Position numbers and translations under genes: made by a program | NCBI GenBank assembly: GCA_046290465.1 | Contig: JBKAGP010000001.1 | Location: forward strand, 3,360,001 to 3,424,000 | Length of the DNA stretch: 64,000 nt | From: Planctomycetota bacterium | GTDB lineage: Bacteria; Planctomycetota; UBA1135; UBA2386 | Direction: 5' to 3' | Notes under the pieces: model-generated | The model's database searches: none | What the model saw: only the letters and a program-made list of their open reading frames with translations | Told to the model about the DNA's origin: nothing | Shown: positions 60,019 through 64,000 of the stretch, piece by piece | Layout: each line of letters starts with the position of its first letter | Numbering within the stretch: position 1 is the first letter of the stretch

Positions 60019-60046
60019 ACGCTTGATAAAATGGGTTATCGTCAGT
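60019..60046. other. dif-like tyrosine-recombinase site (11-6-11)
   Basis: ACGCTTGATAA-AATGGG-TTATCGTCAGT: inverted GATAA/TTATC around a 6-bp spacer, directly upstream of the recombinase gene. Confidence 0.6.
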
Positions 60047-60121
60047 AGTCATGAGCCAGATTCGGGTGGGGGACTCGGCCAACTCCTGTCTCCTGAACAG
60101 CTTGGAGCGGCACTCCTGACT

Positions 60122-61324
60122 ATGAACCGAAGCGTCGATGCGACTCGTGACCCCGGGCTCCCGGACCCCTCCTCGGGTCCGGCGCCGGTCGGCGAGCTCG
60201 TCTCGGCTGGCGATGGGATGCCCGCGGTGCTCCTCGGGCATGCGACGCCTCAGGTCGCGGCCAAGGTTGAGAGCTTCTGCAGGTCCGTCGCCTCGATGCT
60301 CGAGGCTTGGATTCAGCGCAGCCAGAACCCGAACACCCAGCGCACGTACCGCCGTGCCGTGATGGACTTCATCGAGTTCTTGGGCATCGACTGGCCTGAG
60401 AACTCGCACGAGCTGCTCTCCGCATCGGTCCCGGACGTCCGGGCCTGGCGGGACACGCTCGCGGCTGCAGGCAAGGCTCCCGCGACCCTGAACGCCAGGC
60501 TCTCGGCACTCTCCGGGTTCTACCGCTTCATGCGGGAGGTCTCGGTCACCGAGATGAAGCTACCCATCCAGGTCCCGAACCCGGCGCACGCCCAGTTCAT
60601 CGGCCGCGAGAGCCCCGAGCCGGTCTCCCCAACGTCCGCCCTCACCCTCTCGAAGGCGAAGCGACTCCTGGCGCTTCCTTCACGCGACCACATCCTGCGA
60701 GCCGACGAGTTCCTCGCCAAGCGCTTCAAGAACAACCCCGCAGCGCTCGAGCACGAACTCGACGTCTTGGTTGCTCGCGACCGGGCTGTCTTGGCGGTCT
60801 TTCTCTACACCGGGTCGCGCATCGGCTCGGTCTGCGCGCTCCACGTCGCGGACTTCCACGACGACGAGGACGACCCCACCATCAGCTTCCGCGAGAAGGG
60901 ACGGTCGCGTTCGAAGCGCCGCATCGGCGTCAACTTCGTGTGTGCCGAGGCGCTTCGCGACTACCTCGAGCGTTCAGGTCTCACGAAAGGGCCTCTCTTC
61001 CGGGCGCGAACGAACCCCCGCAGTGCGAAGCTGAGCTCGCGCCAGGTGAGCCAAGCCACGATGTACGGCTTGCTTCTCTCCTACCTCGAGCGCGTGCCGG
61101 GGGCGATGGCTGAGGAAGAGCTCGAAGATGGGTCGAGCCGGAAGCGGTGTCGCTACTCCCCCCACTCGCTACGCGCGACCACGGCGACGCTACTCGACGA
61201 GGCCGGGGTGCCCATCAAGCGCATCCAGGAGTTGCTCGGGCACAAGGACATCCGCGTCACCCAGGCCTACATTAAGCTACTGCGCGACACCAAGAAGAGT
61301 GCGTCGCACGACGTGCCACTCTGA
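60122..61324 (+). CDS. Tyrosine recombinase (XerC/D-like integrase)
   Basis: RDRA..YTGSRIG (Arg), HSLRAT (His-x-x-Arg), LGHKDIRVTQAY (His, Tyr), N-terminal SAM-like domain; start uncertain. Confidence 0.93.
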   Translation: MNRSVDATRDPGLPDPSSGPAPVGELVSAGDGMPAVLLGHATPQVAAKVESFCRSVASMLEAWIQRSQNPNTQRTYRRAVMDFIEFLGIDWPENSHELLSASVPDVRAWRDTLAAAGKAPATLNARLSALSGFYRFMREVSVTEMKLPIQVPNPAHAQFIGRESPEPVSPTSALTLSKAKRLLALPSRDHILRADEFLAKRFKNNPAALEHELDVLVARDRAVLAVFLYTGSRIGSVCALHVADFHDDEDDPTISFREKGRSRSKRRIGVNFVCAEALRDYLERSGLTKGPLFRARTNPRSAKLSSRQVSQATMYGLLLSYLERVPGAMAEEELEDGSSRKRCRYSPHSLRATTATLLDEAGVPIKRIQELLGHKDIRVTQAYIKLLRDTKKSASHDVPL

Positions 61325-61484
61325 ACGCACGCCCATGACGTAGAATCTCCGAAGAAGTTGAGCCGGGCATGGCGACGACGCGCTGCGCGTCTCTGCGGCG
61401 AGTCTCGTGGACCGCGACCACTCCGGCTACGACGTCACGCTCGAGAACGTCGCGCTCGTCCTATTCTGACACACATCCGCATCC

Positions 61485-62234
61485 GTGCCCCTGCCACTAT
61501 CTGTCCCACTCTGCTACGGAAGCTCCTACCCTGACCTCAGCGACATCAAGTTCGGTGGGTCGTGCTTCGAGTTCGTCGGCCACAGCGACGGACGCGGATG
61601 GTTTGCAACTTGCCGACACGTTGTCGACGATTGCCCCGAAGGTCACTCGCCATTCATCTGCGACGCACTGGAGACGACTAACAGAGACCCGAAGTTCTAC
61701 CCCATCCTCGAGGTCCGGCCTCACCCCAAAGTCGACTTCGCCGCGCTGCACATCGACTTCTCGGACTCGGACCACCGTTGGAATCCAGAGTGGCGCTGGT
61801 TCGGCCCCGCTCCAGACGACGGACTCCTCGACGACGTCTCAGCGGCGGGATGGGTCATCGAGACTTGCGGTAGCGGAACACACTTGCTGAGCCGCAGGTT
61901 GAAGGGCTACGTCACGAGGACCATCGCAACCCCCGACTATATCCCTGGAGCGGGCGACGCTTGCTTGGAGGTCTCTTTTCCTTCGGTCGTTGGGTTCAGT
62001 GGAGCCGCCCTTGTGGCACCAGACCACAACTCCTCGACACCACCGCCAGAGAGAGTCGTCGGCATGATGTTTCAGAACCATCGGTCCAGAGTCGACGAAT
62101 CACTCGAACACGAGTTCACCGACGGGAGAGGCATGACCGAGCGAGAGCGCATCGCGAGCATTGTCAACTTCGGACTCGCCCATCCGGTGTCCGTAATCCT
62201 CTCCTGCCTCAATGACCTTGGGCTCGGCCGATGA
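61485..62234 (+). CDS. Trypsin-like serine protease domain protein
   Basis: ATCRHVV (His), VDFAAL (Asp), GFSGAAL (Ser); no signal peptide. Confidence 0.75.
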   Translation: MPLPLSVPLCYGSSYPDLSDIKFGGSCFEFVGHSDGRGWFATCRHVVDDCPEGHSPFICDALETTNRDPKFYPILEVRPHPKVDFAALHIDFSDSDHRWNPEWRWFGPAPDDGLLDDVSAAGWVIETCGSGTHLLSRRLKGYVTRTIATPDYIPGAGDACLEVSFPSVVGFSGAALVAPDHNSSTPPPERVVGMMFQNHRSRVDESLEHEFTDGRGMTERERIASIVNFGLAHPVSVILSCLNDLGLGR

Positions 62235-62346
62235 CCGTGTCGGCACAGGAGCATGACCTCGTCTCACGAATAAGAGGAGCGAGCGTCGGTGGTCGAAGAG
62301 TGTCGACGGTGGCACGAGTGCCATCCCCCACCTAAGGCAGGCCACT

Positions 62347-62973
62347 ATGAATATGGACTTTGAACCCGACACTTACACTGACCCGATGTTTTGCCGGCAC
62401 TGTCAGGCCGAGACCCCTATGTATCGGGCCGCCAGTTTCGTGCAGACGGTCGAGGACGTCAGTCCCATCACCGTTACCGAACGCTGGGTCGCGTTGAGCT
62501 GTCCGAAGTGCTCGGGCATTTCTCTTCAAAGGAGGGTCACCGACAACGTTCCTTGTGAGGACATGGATGTACCGGTTTGCACGGTTGTATACCCAGCAGA
62601 GGTTCGACCCCCGGTAGGCCTACCCTCAAGTATCCAAGATGCTTTCGTGGAAGCCGCAAGAGCGGCTAGCTTTAGCACCTCTCTCTCCGGCGTTGGCTTT
62701 CGCCGAGTCCTCGAGATGGTGTGCCGCGACAAGAAGGTCCAGACCCCGAAGCTCGCAACGGGCATCAACCAGCTTGTAGAGTCCGAGGACCTCAAGTCGC
62801 GATTAGCTCAGCTTGCTCATGAAGTGAGAGCGCTAGGCAACCGCGGTGCGCACGAGTGGGAGAGGCTGTCGAAGGCAGAGGTCCGCAGCGCTGAGGCCCT
62901 GTGCCGCGCCGTTCTCGAGGTCGTCTACAGCGCTCCGCATCTCATCACGCAGGTAACAAGGCACGATACGTGA
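62347..62973 (+). CDS. DUF4145 (HEPN-like) protein with an N-terminal zinc ribbon
   Basis: CRHC...CPKC; LPSSIQDAFVEA, RRVLEMVC, RALGNRGAHE. Confidence 0.85.
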   Translation: MNMDFEPDTYTDPMFCRHCQAETPMYRAASFVQTVEDVSPITVTERWVALSCPKCSGISLQRRVTDNVPCEDMDVPVCTVVYPAEVRPPVGLPSSIQDAFVEAARAASFSTSLSGVGFRRVLEMVCRDKKVQTPKLATGINQLVESEDLKSRLAQLAHEVRALGNRGAHEWERLSKAEVRSAEALCRAVLEVVYSAPHLITQVTRHDT

Positions 62974-62978
62974 GCGCG

Positions 62979-64000
62979 TCAGTGCTCCCTGCGGAGTTCC
63001 TGTAGCTTCTTCCAGTCCGCCTCCAAGCCCGCGAGCGTTGGTCGGACATTCAGCGTCTCGAGAGGCTGCTTGTGCGAGTCCAGATACCGACAGCAGTCGT
63101 CGAAGATATCGCATACCCCATCACGCGTCTCTGCCAAGGATTGGATATTGATGTCGCGAAGGTTCCCGACCATCACGTTCGGGCGGTAGCTCTGGACGAC
63201 CGACTTCAACACCTTCTGCTCAACGACGATTTCGCAAGCGCCGCGAAGCGCCTCGTATCCCTTCTCCACGAACATCGTCTGCATCTCGGCATCGGACTCG
63301 ACCTTCGCGCGCTCGATGAGACGGTTCACGCGCTTCCTTCTGTCGTCCCAGGTGTCTAGCTTTGGGCTGCCCCCTAGCTGTACCTTACCACGCTTCTCGC
63401 CAGCCTCGGTGATATCGAAGTATGAGCACGCACTCTTATTCTTGTCGAAGTGCTCAAGGAGCAGCATCGTGAACCACACGTTGTGCGTGAACACGATGAC
63501 CTGACGGCCCTTGCTCAAATCGACGAGCCGCTCGGCGACATATCTCATGCGTCGGTAGTCGAGGCTCGTGACCGGGTCGTCGAAGACCATGGGCGAGGCG
63601 CTCCTCCGAAGCGTCGCCTCGGCAAGGAAGTCTGCAAGCGCAATCACCTTCTGCTCGCCCTCCGAGAGAATGGCTCGGAGCCCGACCTGCGGTGCCAGAC
63701 TCTTAGTTCTCGCTGGAGCCCCTCCTTCCCCCGCGAAGTTCAGGTTCACAGATGGTGCCTTGAGAGCTTTGCACTCGTCACCAAACGTCGCCTCGAAGTC
63801 CTGATAGATGAGCCGCTTGCTCGCTGCCTTTGCCTCTTCGGTCAGCGACTTCAGTATTCCCGTCATCGTGCGTCCCAGAGTCGTTGCTCGAGACGCCCAC
63901 TTCGAGTTCTCGACGTGCTCCCGCACTCCCGGAAGCAGCTCTGCGAGGACCATCCGGTCGCTCAACTCGCGCAGCTCCTTTTCGGCGTCCGCCAGAAGCT
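62979..64000 (-). CDS. SMC/Rad50-like ABC ATPase (AAA_13/RloC-like), C-terminal part; gene starts beyond the window
   Basis: LSEGEQ signature, FDDPVTSLD Walker B/D-loop, VFTHN H-loop, helical C-terminal domain. Confidence 0.85.
   Translation of the reverse strand, partial: LLADAEKELRELSDRMVLAELLPGVREHVENSKWASRATTLGRTMTGILKSLTEEAKAASKRLIYQDFEATFGDECKALKAPSVNLNFAGEGGAPARTKSLAPQVGLRAILSEGEQKVIALADFLAEATLRRSASPMVFDDPVTSLDYRRMRYVAERLVDLSKGRQVIVFTHNVWFTMLLLEHFDKNKSACSYFDITEAGEKRGKVQLGGSPKLDTWDDRRKRVNRLIERAKVESDAEMQTMFVEKGYEALRGACEIVVEQKVLKSVVQSYRPNVMVGNLRDINIQSLAETRDGVCDIFDDCCRYLDSHKQPLETLNVRPTLAGLEADWKKLQELRREH

Noticed and set aside
61345..61469. Short frame ending ...DVTLENVALVLF* between the recombinase and the protease
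   Set aside because: Too short, with no start codon or recognisable family; at most a gene remnant

Overview
A very GC-rich bacterial chromosome segment. The gene repertoire (sulfatases, large carboxypeptidase-regulatory-like secreted proteins, double-length UvrA, a Planctomycete-type ECF sigma relic) suggests Planctomycetota; this is an inference. From left to right it holds: a spondin/CHRD gene remnant; a tandem four-ABC UvrA-like gene preceded by an 8-bp VNTR; a sialate O-acetylesterase-sialidase fusion; an M1 aminopeptidase; radical SAM, GNAT, hydrolase and two sulfatase genes; and a minus-strand branched-chain amino acid operon (leader-peptide attenuator, truncated ilvD, leuA, ilvE, leuC, leuD, leuB, LarA-family racemase). 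Next come a phage-type helicase/SMI1 block, a CPA2 antiporter, an FMN alpha-hydroxy-acid dehydrogenase and several secreted proteins. At 47.9-55.0 kb is the most novel-looking locus: a compact operon encoding a Cys-rich protein with a C-terminal sorting signal, a short exosortase-family transpeptidase and two MauE-thioredoxin fusion paralogs. The right end is visibly more A/T-rich and island-like, with thiaminase I, a Xer-like recombinase with a dif-like site, a trypsin-like protease, a DUF4145/HEPN-like protein and a partial ABC ATPase. Two families of dispersed non-coding repeats occur: a CTAG-flanked ~88-bp element and long REP-like palindromes. I found no rRNA, tRNA or CRISPR array. All functional calls come from visual motif recognition, not database searches.
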